In this document: piece by piece, positions 8,910-17,975 of the stretch
Position numbering within the stretch: position 1 is the stretch's first letter
Layout: every line of letters begins with the position of its first letter
From: Candidatus Doudnabacteria bacterium RIFCSPHIGHO2_01_FULL_46_14
GTDB taxonomy: Bacteria; Patescibacteriota; Doudnabacteria; UBA920; 2-01-FULL-46-14
Length of the DNA: 64,000 bases
Reading direction: 5' to 3'
Assembly: GCA_001779925.1 (NCBI GenBank)
Contig: MFEK01000014.1
Location: 1,011-65,010 of the forward strand
Program-made: the position numbers and the translations under genes
The notes under the pieces: generated by a model
What the model saw: the letters and a program-made list of their open reading frames with translations, nothing else
Databases searched by the model: none
What the model was told of the DNA's origin: nothing

Positions 8910-9805
8910 CCGGCGGCGCGGGGTTCATCGGCTCGCATATCGCGGATCGACTGATCAATGATGGTCATGAAGTAATCATTCTTGATAATTTTTCGACTGG
9001 CAAAAGAGAGAACGTAAATCCGAAAGCCAAACTCGTGGAATGTGATATTGCTGACTATGAGGTGATAGAGCCACATTTTGAAGGAGTAGAAGTAGTGTTT
9101 CATACGGCAGCGTTAGCGCGCATTACACCATCGGTGAAAGACCCCCTTCCTTCGCACGCCGCAAATGCCACAGGCACTCTGAATGTTTTGTGGGCGTCAA
9201 AAAATGCTGCCGTAAAAAAAGTTGTTTACTCCTCAACCTCTTCTATTTACGGCGACCAGGAGATTGAAGACTATCCACTCAGTGAAACTCTGGAGCCGCG
9301 ACCGGGCAGTGCTTATTCAGCGCAGAAATATATGGGTGAGTTGTATTGTAAATTATTTAATAAATTTTACAAGCTTGATACAGCAATCCTGCGGTACTTT
9401 AATGTTTATGGTCCACGCCAGCTCACAGAGGGCGCTTATGCAACAGTTATTGGTATATTTATCAAGCATCGCGAACAAGGGAAACCAATGACTATCGTGG
9501 CTGATGCAGGAGAAAGGCGCAGAGACTATACTCATATTTCAGATGTGGTGGAGGCCAACATTTTTGCATGGCATGCCCAGATTCCCAGAGGTGAATTGTT
9601 TAATATCGGCTGCGGTAAAAATTATAGTGTTAATGAAGTAGCTGCTATGATCGGCGGTCCCACGGAAAAAATTGATGCGCGTCCTTGGGAGTATCAAATT
9701 ACCTTAGCCGACAATTCTAAGGCAAAAGAATTACTCGGTTGGGAGCCGAAAATAAGTTTTGAAGAGGGGATTGCGGAATTAAAAAAAATACACAACCTGG
9801 AATGA
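8891..9805 (+). CDS. NAD-dependent nucleotide-sugar epimerase/dehydratase (extended SDR; UDP-GlcA decarboxylase / 4-epimerase-like)
   Basis: VTGGAGFIGSHIADRL Rossmann motif, catalytic YSAQKYMGE (YxxxK), about 304 aa. Confidence 0.8.
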   Translation: MAKALVTGGAGFIGSHIADRLINDGHEVIILDNFSTGKRENVNPKAKLVECDIADYEVIEPHFEGVEVVFHTAALARITPSVKDPLPSHAANATGTLNVLWASKNAAVKKVVYSSTSSIYGDQEIEDYPLSETLEPRPGSAYSAQKYMGELYCKLFNKFYKLDTAILRYFNVYGPRQLTEGAYATVIGIFIKHREQGKPMTIVADAGERRRDYTHISDVVEANIFAWHAQIPRGELFNIGCGKNYSVNEVAAMIGGPTEKIDARPWEYQITLADNSKAKELLGWEPKISFEEGIAELKKIHNLE

Positions 9806-9806
9806 C

Positions 9807-11015
9807 ATGGATAAGCCGCGCATTTTAATTTTCAGCATTGCATATGAGCCGCTGGTGGGCGGAGCAGAGCTGGCGATCAGGTACATTACTGATCGCATTT
9901 TTGATTATGAGTTTGATTTGATCACCGTGCGTTTCGACCGCGCGCATCCGAAACAAGAAAAAATCGGCAATGTCAATGTTTACCGGGTCGGTTTTGGCTC
10001 CAGACTGGGAAGGCTATTGTATCCGGCTTTCGCCCTTCGCCTCGCAAAAAAACTTCACAGCAAACAGAATTACCAAATCACCTGGGCAATAATGGCTGCA
10101 TACGCTTCTGCGGCAGCGCTCATGTTCCAAAGGCGTTTCCCGACTGTAAAATTTTTATTAACTCTTCAGGAAGGGGATACCATCGAACACATCCACAGTC
10201 GGGTAAAAGGATTTAAAAAGGTTTGGCAACAATCATTCAAAAAAGCTGACTATATACAGGTAATCAGTAAATTTTTGGCCCAATGGGCAGTCAAAGAAGG
10301 CGCGACTTGTCCGGTAGAGGTGGTGCCGAATGGGGTCGACTTAGAAAAATTCAAAATTCAAAACTCAAATGTCAAAATTGCAAATCAAAATTCAAAATTT
10401 ACTATCATCACAGCTTCGCGGTTAGTGCATAAGAATGGAATAGATATTTTGATTCATGCTGTTTCTAAACTTCAGACTTCAAACTTCCAACTTCAAATCC
10501 TCGGCGCTGGGCCAGAAGAAGCAAGATTGAAAAAACTAGCCGCAGATTTGAAAATCGCAGATCGCATTGAGTTCCTCGGCAACATTTCTCAGGAAGAGCT
10601 GCCTAAATATTTGTCGGAGTCGGACATTTTTGTGAGACCCTCACGCTCGGAAGGCTTAGGCACGGCTTTTTTGGAAGCTATGGCTGCAGGTTTGCCGATT
10701 ATTGGAACTCCTGTCGGCGGCATACCTGATTTCCTCCACCCCCACCTAACCTCTCCCCTCAAGGGGGAGAAAAATGCAGAGAAGTCCGGTATTATTCCCC
10801 TCCCTCGAGGGGAGGGTGAACCAAATGGATTATTTTGTAAAGCTGATGACCCCGCTGATCTAGCTGAGAAAATCAAAATACTGATGCAAGATTCCGACTT
10901 GAGAAAGAAATTAGGACAAAATGGGAAAAGACTAGTAGAAGAGCAATATTCCTGGGATATAGTGGACGGGAAGATGAAGGGGATTTTTAGTAAAATTTTA
11001 TATTTTAAATTGTAA
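9807..11015 (+). CDS. Glycosyltransferase family 4 with a 30-aa in-frame repeat-element insert
   Basis: GT4 motif EGLGTAFLEAMAAGLPIIGTPVGGIPDFL followed by the insert HPHLTSPLKGEKNAEKSGIIPLPRGEGEPN, then GLFCKADDP.LAEKI. Low-complexity linker KFKIQNSNVKIANQNSKF. Confidence 0.8.
   Translation: MDKPRILIFSIAYEPLVGGAELAIRYITDRIFDYEFDLITVRFDRAHPKQEKIGNVNVYRVGFGSRLGRLLYPAFALRLAKKLHSKQNYQITWAIMAAYASAAALMFQRRFPTVKFLLTLQEGDTIEHIHSRVKGFKKVWQQSFKKADYIQVISKFLAQWAVKEGATCPVEVVPNGVDLEKFKIQNSNVKIANQNSKFTIITASRLVHKNGIDILIHAVSKLQTSNFQLQILGAGPEEARLKKLAADLKIADRIEFLGNISQEELPKYLSESDIFVRPSRSEGLGTAFLEAMAAGLPIIGTPVGGIPDFLHPHLTSPLKGEKNAEKSGIIPLPRGEGEPNGLFCKADDPADLAEKIKILMQDSDLRKKLGQNGKRLVEEQYSWDIVDGKMKGIFSKILYFKL
10347..10400. 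repeat. A-rich CAAAAT-type low-complexity repeat inside GT4 linker (arm 1 of an inverted pair)
   Basis: AAAATTCAAAATTCAAAACTCAAATGTCAAAATTGCAAATCAAAATTCAAAATTT. Confidence 0.5.
10733..10822. repeat. In-frame GC-rich palindromic element (about 90 bp) within GT4 gene 9807..11015
   Basis: CCTCCACCCCCACCTAACCTCTCCCCTCAAGGGGGAG...CCCCTCCCTCGAGGGGAGGG. Two hairpins. Encodes HPHLTSPLKGEKNAEKSGIIPLPRGEGEP. Confidence 0.75.
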
Positions 11016-11048
11016 TTTTGCATTTTGATTTTTCAATTTTGAATTTCC
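11013..11048. repeat. Inverted copy (about 85% identical) of the 10347-10400 repeat, intergenic
   Basis: TAATTTTGCATTTTGATTTTTCAATTTTGAATTTCC is the reverse complement of AAATTCAAAATTGAAAAATCAAAATGCAAAATT. Confidence 0.5.
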
Positions 11049-11049
11049 T

Positions 11050-12723
11050 ATGACCAAGCTTCAAAAACAATTACTCGCCGGCATTTTATTGCTTGCAGCT
11101 GTGCTGATTTTTTTCCGGCTCACGCGGCACGACCCACTCGGCGATGACGCGCATTATTCTTTCCGCGCAATAGGTTATTTTGATTATCTTGGTTCCAAAG
11201 AGCAGACCACGCCCGTGCAGTGGTTCGGACACCGGCCAGCCTGGTCGTATCTGTCATTCCACGATCATCCGCCCCTGGTGTTTTTGATCCAGCATATTTT
11301 TTTTAGTATTTTCGGGGTGTCGTTGTTTGTGTCTCGTTTGCCGTCGGCCCTGGCCGCCCTGGGCTCGGTATTGGTCATATTTTTTATAGCCAAGCGCCTG
11401 GCTGGCCCCAAAGCCGGGCTGGCCGCCGCCCTGGCTTTGGCTGTAAACAATTATTTTATCTGGACCGGGCGAATCGCTCTTCTCGAAAGCGTCTTTATTT
11501 TTTTCCTGCTCCTGTCTTTTCTATATTTGCTGAAAACGTTTGAGGATTCGAAATATTTTATTCACACCGGTCTTTTTTTCGGCCTGAGCTTGCTTTCCAA
11601 ATATACCGTGCTGTTTATCCTGCCTGCGGTGCTTTTGTTTCTGGTCTGGAAGCACCGATGGATTTTTAAAAATAAAAGATTCTGGCAGGGAATGATGGTA
11701 TTTTTGGTTTTGTGCCTTCCCGTGGTGATTTATAATCTCATGATGTTCAAAACTCGGGGCCATTTCGACGTGCAGTTTGCGGATTTATTCGGGCAGGTTC
11801 ATAATGACTGGCCGAAACTCGCAATGCGAATCAGCAAACCTGATCCGAATTTTTTGGGCGTTTTGACCACGATAGCCGATGGTTTTTCTTGGCCTTATTT
11901 TGCGGCGTTTATTTTGAGCATTTTTTTCAGCCTGCATCTGGCCAGACGCGCTGCCGCAGTCTACCTTTTTGTTTTCGCGGCAGTGTCCTTGTTTTTCTTT
12001 TTTGCCTTTGCCGGCGGAGCTGTCCGGTGGATGGGAGTGCTGGCGCCTTTTGCGGCCCTGCTCGTTGGTTTGGCAGCTGCGGCGTTTGCAGAGCGTAAAA
12101 AATATCTTGCCGCCGCCGTAGCTATTCCGTTTGCCGTCTTTTCAATTTTTTATACATGGAACACCAATCATCTGAAGCGCCCGGTCGCAGGCCCGAATTG
12201 GTATGCCGGATTTCGTTTGGAAAATTACGGGTACAATCAGCTCGACAAGGAAATCTCAAAACTGCTCACTGGCAAAAAACCAACGCCGAAAATTAAATAC
12301 GCGACGACCCAATGGTGGTACCGCGATCTTGATGAAAAAGCAATCGAGTTCCCTATCATTAATCAAGGGGCAGGAGTTTTCGGCTCAGCGATTATCGTTG
12401 ATTCCGAGCACATCTGGTTTCCTATGTATTGGGCCAAAGAAAAATGGAAATTCTATCACCGATTTTCCATTAAAACCTCAAACGAGTTTTTGCAGGTTGT
12501 TGATGCTAAGGGCGGACTCGAGATTATCAATTTTGTGCAGTTTGATAAAATTTACTATTTTAAATCCGGCCCGCGGATCAGGGAGACCGCTGATTTGAAA
12601 TATGAGGGATCTGATCCGCTTTTTGAAGCGATTCTAAAAAAAGGGATCTTACCCAAAATCATTTATGACGACCAGGGCAATGAAGCGTTTTATATGTATG
12701 AAACAAGCGAGCTGGCCATATGA
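11050..12723 (+). CDS. GT-C fold membrane glycosyltransferase (PMT/ArnT-like), second paralog
   Basis: Polytopic membrane protein, N-terminal loop DDAHYSF (DE motif). Ends with TGA that is the first base triplet of junction element J1. Confidence 0.55.
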   Translation: MTKLQKQLLAGILLLAAVLIFFRLTRHDPLGDDAHYSFRAIGYFDYLGSKEQTTPVQWFGHRPAWSYLSFHDHPPLVFLIQHIFFSIFGVSLFVSRLPSALAALGSVLVIFFIAKRLAGPKAGLAAALALAVNNYFIWTGRIALLESVFIFFLLLSFLYLLKTFEDSKYFIHTGLFFGLSLLSKYTVLFILPAVLLFLVWKHRWIFKNKRFWQGMMVFLVLCLPVVIYNLMMFKTRGHFDVQFADLFGQVHNDWPKLAMRISKPDPNFLGVLTTIADGFSWPYFAAFILSIFFSLHLARRAAAVYLFVFAAVSLFFFFAFAGGAVRWMGVLAPFAALLVGLAAAAFAERKKYLAAAVAIPFAVFSIFYTWNTNHLKRPVAGPNWYAGFRLENYGYNQLDKEISKLLTGKKPTPKIKYATTQWWYRDLDEKAIEFPIINQGAGVFGSAIIVDSEHIWFPMYWAKEKWKFYHRFSIKTSNEFLQVVDAKGGLEIINFVQFDKIYYFKSGPRIRETADLKYEGSDPLFEAILKKGILPKIIYDDQGNEAFYMYETSELAI

Positions 12724-12806
12724 ACCGCGTTAGAAATTTTATTCAGCATATACTCAAAAATTTATGATTACATCAGCTATTAACCAAAAGGATTTCTAAC
12801 GGGGTG
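12721..12806 (+). repeat. MITE-like gene-junction element J1 (TIR ACCGCGTTAGAAAT / ATTTCTAACGGGGT)
   Basis: Left end TGAACCGCGTTAGAAAT supplies the stop of 11050..12723. Right end AAGGATTTCTAACGGGGTGAAAA supplies the SD and GTG start of 12804..13913. Confidence 0.8.
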
Positions 12807-13913
12807 AAAATTTTAATTTGTACCGGGATTTTTCCTCCTGACGTGGGCGGTCCGGCAACCTATTCGAAAATTCTTGCAGAAGAACTGGTTAAACATGGCC
12901 ACGCGGTTAAGGTAATTACTTATGCTGGTCGTATTTATCCCCCTTCCCTTGAGAGAAGGGGGACTCTGGGAGAGGCGGATTTTGAATTGATCCGAATTCA
13001 ACGCAGCCGATTCAAACCTCTGCATTATTTCAGATTTTACCGTACCGTTCTGAAACACGGCCGAGACGTTGATGTGATTTACGCTCAAGGTCCGGTTTCA
13101 GAAGGATATCCGGCTTGTCTGGCGGCTAAGAAATTAAATAAACCACTCGCAGTAAAGATAACAGGAGATTACTCCTGGGAGCAGGCGATGGGCCGGGGTT
13201 TAACCGACGAGCTGATTGATGCGTTTCAGAACCTCTCTTTCTACCCTCCAAGAATCCAACGAATGCGCAGAATCCAGAAACTAGTTTGCGATTATGCAAA
13301 TATAATAATCACGCCCTCAGAATATTTAAAAAAGGTTGTTAGCGGTTGGGGGGTAGATCCGGGGAAAATTAGAGTTATTTATAATTCGGTAGAGATGCCA
13401 GAATCAATAATTACGAATCAAGAATCAAGACAAAAGCTAGGAATCCCCAAAGACAAATTTCTAATAGTCTCTTCTGGACGCAATGTACCGTGGAAAGGAT
13501 TTGAATTATTGAAGGAAGTTATGGCAGAATTACAGAAAGATCATCCTGAGATGATGCTGAAAATCCTGCATGATGCGCCGCGCGGGCTGCTCCATGAATA
13601 TATCCGGGCGGCAGATCTGTATGTGCTAAACACCGGCTATGAGGGGTTATCCAATACTCTCGTGGAAGTTCTGCGCCATAGGATACCTGTAATCACCACC
13701 AACGTCGGCGGCAACCCGGAGATAATCAGGGATGGCGAAAATGGGCTACTCGTGGAATACAATAATATAGAGCAGTTGAAAGACGCAATTTTGAGATTGT
13801 ACTCTGACAAAGAATTACGTAATAAATTACGTAATTCTTCCGGCCTGGAAAAATTCGATCTCGCGCAGATGATCAGTAAAACCGAGGAGGTTCTCAAACA
13901 ATGCGCGTCCTAA
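12804..13913 (+). CDS. Glycosyltransferase family 4 (GTG start from junction element)
   Basis: GT4 C-terminal domain (EGLSNTLVEVLRHRIPVITTNVGGNPEII.DGENGLLV). N-terminal-domain loop carries an in-frame GC palindromic insert (IYPPSLERRGTLGEADFE). Confidence 0.8.
   Translation: MKILICTGIFPPDVGGPATYSKILAEELVKHGHAVKVITYAGRIYPPSLERRGTLGEADFELIRIQRSRFKPLHYFRFYRTVLKHGRDVDVIYAQGPVSEGYPACLAAKKLNKPLAVKITGDYSWEQAMGRGLTDELIDAFQNLSFYPPRIQRMRRIQKLVCDYANIIITPSEYLKKVVSGWGVDPGKIRVIYNSVEMPESIITNQESRQKLGIPKDKFLIVSSGRNVPWKGFELLKEVMAELQKDHPEMMLKILHDAPRGLLHEYIRAADLYVLNTGYEGLSNTLVEVLRHRIPVITTNVGGNPEIIRDGENGLLVEYNNIEQLKDAILRLYSDKELRNKLRNSSGLEKFDLAQMISKTEEVLKQCAS
12949..12987. repeat. In-frame GC palindromic element within GT4 gene 12804..13913
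   Basis: CCCCCTTCCCTTGAGAGAAGGGGGACTCTGGGAGAGG. Encodes PPSLERRGTLGEA. Confidence 0.6.
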
Positions 13914-14989
13914 TGATCAGCCTGGACAGGGGACTTTTGGGGGCGGCCGGGTCAGGGGATGTGGCCGAGCGCCATAAAAAATATGCGAGTCTGGCAGGCG
14001 CGCTGGATATTATTGTGTTTGCGTCTCCCAAATATTCACAGCTCACGCTGGCGCCGAATCTGCGGGTATTTCCTACGCGGTCCAGCAAATTCGCGCATTT
14101 TCACCGCGCCGCGGAACTCACAAAAAAATTATTGAAAGAGAATCAGTATGACCTTTTGGTAACCCAGGAATTCACCGCGCCGGCCGGGCTGAAGATCAAA
14201 AAATTTCTTGACATTCCCTGGATCATCAATATTCACAGCATGTTTTTTTCCACGCAGTGGCTGGGGTTTAATCTTATCTATTGGTATTTGTTTTTTCTCA
14301 TGAAAAAATCCATAAGATCCGCGGACGGCTTTCGGGTTACCAATGATGCGATCAGAAAAAAGCTGACTGATTGGGGGATTGCCAAGCCGATTTTGGTGCA
14401 ACCGACGCCAGTGAATATAGAAAAGTTTAAAATAGAAAGCGGAAAGTTCAAAGTTGAAAATCAAAATCCAATAGTGCTGTATGTCGGCAGATTGGAACCT
14501 GAAAAGAATGTTTCACTTTTGATACGGGCATTCAAAAAGCTCAAGGATGAAGCCCAATTGCAGATTGTCGGCAAAGGATCGCAGGAAAAAGAATTGAGAA
14601 GATTGGCCGCCGACGATTTGCGCGTGGAATTTTTCGGAGCGAAATCCTCGGATGAATTGCCGGAGATTTACCGCAGTGCAGACATTTTTGTTCTGCCTTC
14701 AAACTCAGAGAGTTTCGGCAAAGTGCTCATAGAAGCTGGCGCGGCAGGATGCGCCCTGGTTGCGACTGAAACTGCCGGCGCCAAAAGTATTTTGGAAAAT
14801 GATGAGGCGGGGATATTGGTACCGGTTGGGGATACTGCCGCTTTGACCCGCGTTCTGCAAAACCTCGTCGGTAAAAAATTTGAACGAGAGTATTGGGGGC
14901 AAAGAGCTAGGGAAATCTCAAAAAAATACAATGCGGAGACTGCAACCCAGCGGATCATTGATCTGTGGAAGGAGGTCGCGGCAAAATGA
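13901..14989 (+). CDS. Glycosyltransferase family 4
   Basis: ESFGKVLIEAGAAGCALVATETAGAKSIL.NDEAGILVP. 13-bp overlap with the upstream gene. Confidence 0.8.
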   Translation: MRVLMISLDRGLLGAAGSGDVAERHKKYASLAGALDIIVFASPKYSQLTLAPNLRVFPTRSSKFAHFHRAAELTKKLLKENQYDLLVTQEFTAPAGLKIKKFLDIPWIINIHSMFFSTQWLGFNLIYWYLFFLMKKSIRSADGFRVTNDAIRKKLTDWGIAKPILVQPTPVNIEKFKIESGKFKVENQNPIVLYVGRLEPEKNVSLLIRAFKKLKDEAQLQIVGKGSQEKELRRLAADDLRVEFFGAKSSDELPEIYRSADIFVLPSNSESFGKVLIEAGAAGCALVATETAGAKSILENDEAGILVPVGDTAALTRVLQNLVGKKFEREYWGQRAREISKKYNAETATQRIIDLWKEVAAK

Positions 14990-15570
14990 CATCTTGGGAA
15001 AAATTCTTTGACGAAAAAATCCGGGAGATAGCCAAGGAAAATTATATTGTGGACGTGGGCAGCGGCCTCAAATTCGGTAAGCACATGAAGCAATACGAAA
15101 CGTTATTTGCCGGAAAAAAGTTTTTGACGTTTGATAAGGAAGGCACTTATCGACCCGATATTGTCGGCGACATTCACGCGATCCCGCTTCCGGACGCTTC
15201 GGTAGACGCCGTGCTCTGCAACGCGGTTTTAGAGCATGTGGAAGAGCCGGGGAAAGCCGTCGCCGAGATACACAGAATCTTAAAGCCGGGCGGCAAGGCT
15301 TTTTTCTATGTCCCGTTTTTGTATCCTTATCATGCGGAAAAACGGATTTACAAGGATTTTTACAGATTCAGCAAAGATGGGGTAGAATACCTCCTGCGCA
15401 ATTTTTCTAAGCTGGAATATGTTCCGGTGCGCGGTTTTGCGGAAATGTGGCTGTATTTCCTGCCGTTTCGTCTTAACCGGCTTTTGAGCCCGGTCGGCCG
15501 CATCCTTGATTCGCTCCTAAAAAGAGGCGGCAACCAGACCTCAGGTTTTAATATTTTCGTTATCAAATGA
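14986..15570 (+). CDS. Class I SAM-dependent methyltransferase (Methyltransf_11-like)
   Basis: VDVGSG...; DAVLCNAVLEHVEEPGKAVAEIHRILKPGGKAFF. ATGA stop/start overlap with the upstream gene. Confidence 0.7.
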   Translation: MTSWEKFFDEKIREIAKENYIVDVGSGLKFGKHMKQYETLFAGKKFLTFDKEGTYRPDIVGDIHAIPLPDASVDAVLCNAVLEHVEEPGKAVAEIHRILKPGGKAFFYVPFLYPYHAEKRIYKDFYRFSKDGVEYLLRNFSKLEYVPVRGFAEMWLYFLPFRLNRLLSPVGRILDSLLKRGGNQTSGFNIFVIK

Positions 15571-16634
15571 AACTCCTTTTTATTACCAGAAAAGTCGACA
15601 TTAACGATCCCATGCAAGGATTTATCTTTTCATGGCTCAATAAATTTGCGTCAAAGCTCGAAAAGTTGTATGTAATTTGCCTGGAAACCGGCGCGGGCAA
15701 CGAGCTTTTGCTGGAAAAAAATATTGAGGTATATTCCATGGGCAAAGAGAAGGGCAAAAACCGTTTGCGGGAATTTTTCAATTATCTCATGTGGCTCAAA
15801 AAAACCGTGCCCCAGTCTGATGGGATCTTTGTGCACATGCATCCTGTGTATGCGATTATTGCTTGGCCGTTTGCGAAACTTTATCGCAAAAAATTAACTC
15901 TTTGGTACACGCACAAAGCCGTGGATCTGAAACTGCGCGTTGCGCATCTGCTCGTTGACATTGTATTTACCGCTTCCAAGGAAAGTTTTCGCATCAAGTC
16001 AAATAAAGTGAAAGAGATCGGTCATGGAATAGATGTTGAGCGATTATCACCTAACTCTCTATTTACAATGAAAAAGAATGGCCATAGGCTTGTATCATTT
16101 GGAAGGATTGCTCCTGTAAAGAAACTCGAAGTCTTGATTGAAGCGATGAATATTCTGATCAACAAAAGAAAATTGGACGTGACTTTGGACATTTTCGGCA
16201 ATGCAGCATTGCCTGCGGATGAAAAGTATAGACAATCGCTAAAGAATAAAATCGTTCAGTATGGATTCGGGAAAAAGGTTGAATTGCTGGACGCAATGCC
16301 ACACACACATCTTATGCAGGTTTTATCATCGTCCTATGATATAGTAATTAATCTTTCGGAAACCGGCAGCATTGATAAAGCGGTAGTTGAGGCCGCTTCT
16401 TGCGGTACGATTGTCATCACCACAAATGAGGCCTTTAAAAACCAACTGCCAAAAATTTCAGATAAGCTGTTTCTCGAGAGAAACGATCCCGAAAAGCTAG
16501 CCAGCAGGATTGCCGAGCTCGTTGCGCTCCCGCAAGACGAGAAAGACCGTTTAGGTGAAGCATTGCGCAATTGGGTTGCTACATCGCACAATTTAGAAAA
16601 TTTGGTTGAGAAAGTAATCGCTGCTTACAAATGA
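15567..16634 (+). CDS. Glycosyltransferase, GT4-like C-terminal domain
   Basis: LVSFGRIAPVKK...ETGSIDKAVVEAASCGTIVITTNEAFK. Terminal TGA is part of junction element J2. Confidence 0.65.
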   Translation: MKLLFITRKVDINDPMQGFIFSWLNKFASKLEKLYVICLETGAGNELLLEKNIEVYSMGKEKGKNRLREFFNYLMWLKKTVPQSDGIFVHMHPVYAIIAWPFAKLYRKKLTLWYTHKAVDLKLRVAHLLVDIVFTASKESFRIKSNKVKEIGHGIDVERLSPNSLFTMKKNGHRLVSFGRIAPVKKLEVLIEAMNILINKRKLDVTLDIFGNAALPADEKYRQSLKNKIVQYGFGKKVELLDAMPHTHLMQVLSSSYDIVINLSETGSIDKAVVEAASCGTIVITTNEAFKNQLPKISDKLFLERNDPEKLASRIAELVALPQDEKDRLGEALRNWVATSHNLENLVEKVIAAYK

Positions 16635-16717
16635 ATCCCGTTAGAAATCTATTTTTCCACAATAATTGCAAATTTTTATGAACTCTGCTATTAACTATAA
16701 GGATTTCTAACTGGGTG
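16632..16717 (+). repeat. MITE-like gene-junction element J2
   Basis: TGAATCCCGTTAGAAAT ... AAGGATTTCTAACTGGGTGAAAA. The interior shares AAATTTTTATGA..CTATTAAC..AAGG with J1. Confidence 0.8.
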
Positions 16718-17878
16718 AAAATTTTATTTGTGGCTTACAAATTCGGCACAGAAAAAGAAATCGGGGAGCATCTCGGTACCTACCATTATTTTATTGAAAC
16801 CCTGCGGCGCATGGTTGCCCTGGGGCATGAGGTTTCTGTTGCTGCGCCGTGGTTGTCTTTTAGGCGACGCGGCAGCGAGGATGTTGATGGGGTAAAAGTT
16901 TTGCGTTACTATCCACCTCTGTTTAACAGGCCGAAATCCCTGCTCGTAAACTGGATATTGCGTTCTTGGTATATTATGGCGACCAGCAGACGAATCCTCG
17001 ACCTTGATCGTAAACAACAGTGGGACGCGATTTGCGTGTGGCAGGCGCGCGAGACCGGCTTTGCCGTGGCGAAAATTGCTTCAAAGCTGCGCGCCCCTTT
17101 TATTTTCCGCCAGATCACGGCCTGGCAATGGCATTTTGAACGGATGAAGCGAGACCGGAAATTTCAGGAAAAATTCGCCAAAGCCATTTATGCTTCTGCC
17201 AAACAAATTATTTTTGTAAGCCGCGCTGCCGCTGATGCGGAACGAGCCTTGGGCTTGCCGGAGGAAAAAATCCGTATTATGGCCGTGGCCATTGAAACCG
17301 ACCTATTCAAGCCTGGAAATCAAAGCAAAAACGGCAATACCATTTTATTTGTCGGCCGAATCAATTTTGCGGAAAAAGGCATTGGCTATTTGCTGGATGC
17401 CATGCCAGAAGTACTGCGCCGACTGCCGGCAGCAAAGCTGGTGATTGTCGGCGGTGGTGGAGAGTCGCAGCGTTTGCTTGCTCAAATAAAAACCCTTGGT
17501 ATTGAAAATTCCGTGCGGGTTGTCGGGGAAAAGCCATTCAACGAGCTTCCTCAGTATTTGAACGCCTCTGATGTGATGGTTGTACCCTCCATATGGCTGG
17601 AGGCTTTCGGCCAGGTTACGATCATCGCCATGGCTTGCGGTGTGCCTGTGGTGACCTCTGACATTGGCGGAAGCGTCGAGATAAACTTGGACGGGCAAAC
17701 AGGCTTTGTGGTTCCCCGGGCTGATTCACACGCGCTTGCCGAGGCGATCCTCAAGATTTTGCGCGATCCGCAGCTTGCCAAAACGCTCGGGCAGAATGCC
17801 CGCAAACGGGTCGAGGAACATTACAGTTACGAGGTTCTGGTTAATAAATTTTTGAAACTGATTGGCGAACTCAAGTGA
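16715..17878 (+). CDS. Glycosyltransferase family 4 (GTG start; no palindromic insert)
   Basis: EAFGQVTIIAMACGVPVVTSDIGGSVEINLDGQTGFVVP. Canonical GT4 loop, useful for comparison with the insert-bearing paralogs. Confidence 0.8.
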   Translation: MKILFVAYKFGTEKEIGEHLGTYHYFIETLRRMVALGHEVSVAAPWLSFRRRGSEDVDGVKVLRYYPPLFNRPKSLLVNWILRSWYIMATSRRILDLDRKQQWDAICVWQARETGFAVAKIASKLRAPFIFRQITAWQWHFERMKRDRKFQEKFAKAIYASAKQIIFVSRAAADAERALGLPEEKIRIMAVAIETDLFKPGNQSKNGNTILFVGRINFAEKGIGYLLDAMPEVLRRLPAAKLVIVGGGGESQRLLAQIKTLGIENSVRVVGEKPFNELPQYLNASDVMVVPSIWLEAFGQVTIIAMACGVPVVTSDIGGSVEINLDGQTGFVVPRADSHALAEAILKILRDPQLAKTLGQNARKRVEEHYSYEVLVNKFLKLIGELK

Positions 17879-17975
17879 ATCCCGTTAGAAATCAGAAGCA
17901 GAAAATTAGAGGTAAATTATGATTAATTATGAAATGGATTCAGAAGAAAAAAAGACCCGAATTTCTAACGGGGTG
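17876..17975 (+). repeat. MITE-like gene-junction element J3
   Basis: TGAATCCCGTTAGAAAT ... CCGAATTTCTAACGGGGTGAATAAA. Confidence 0.8.
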
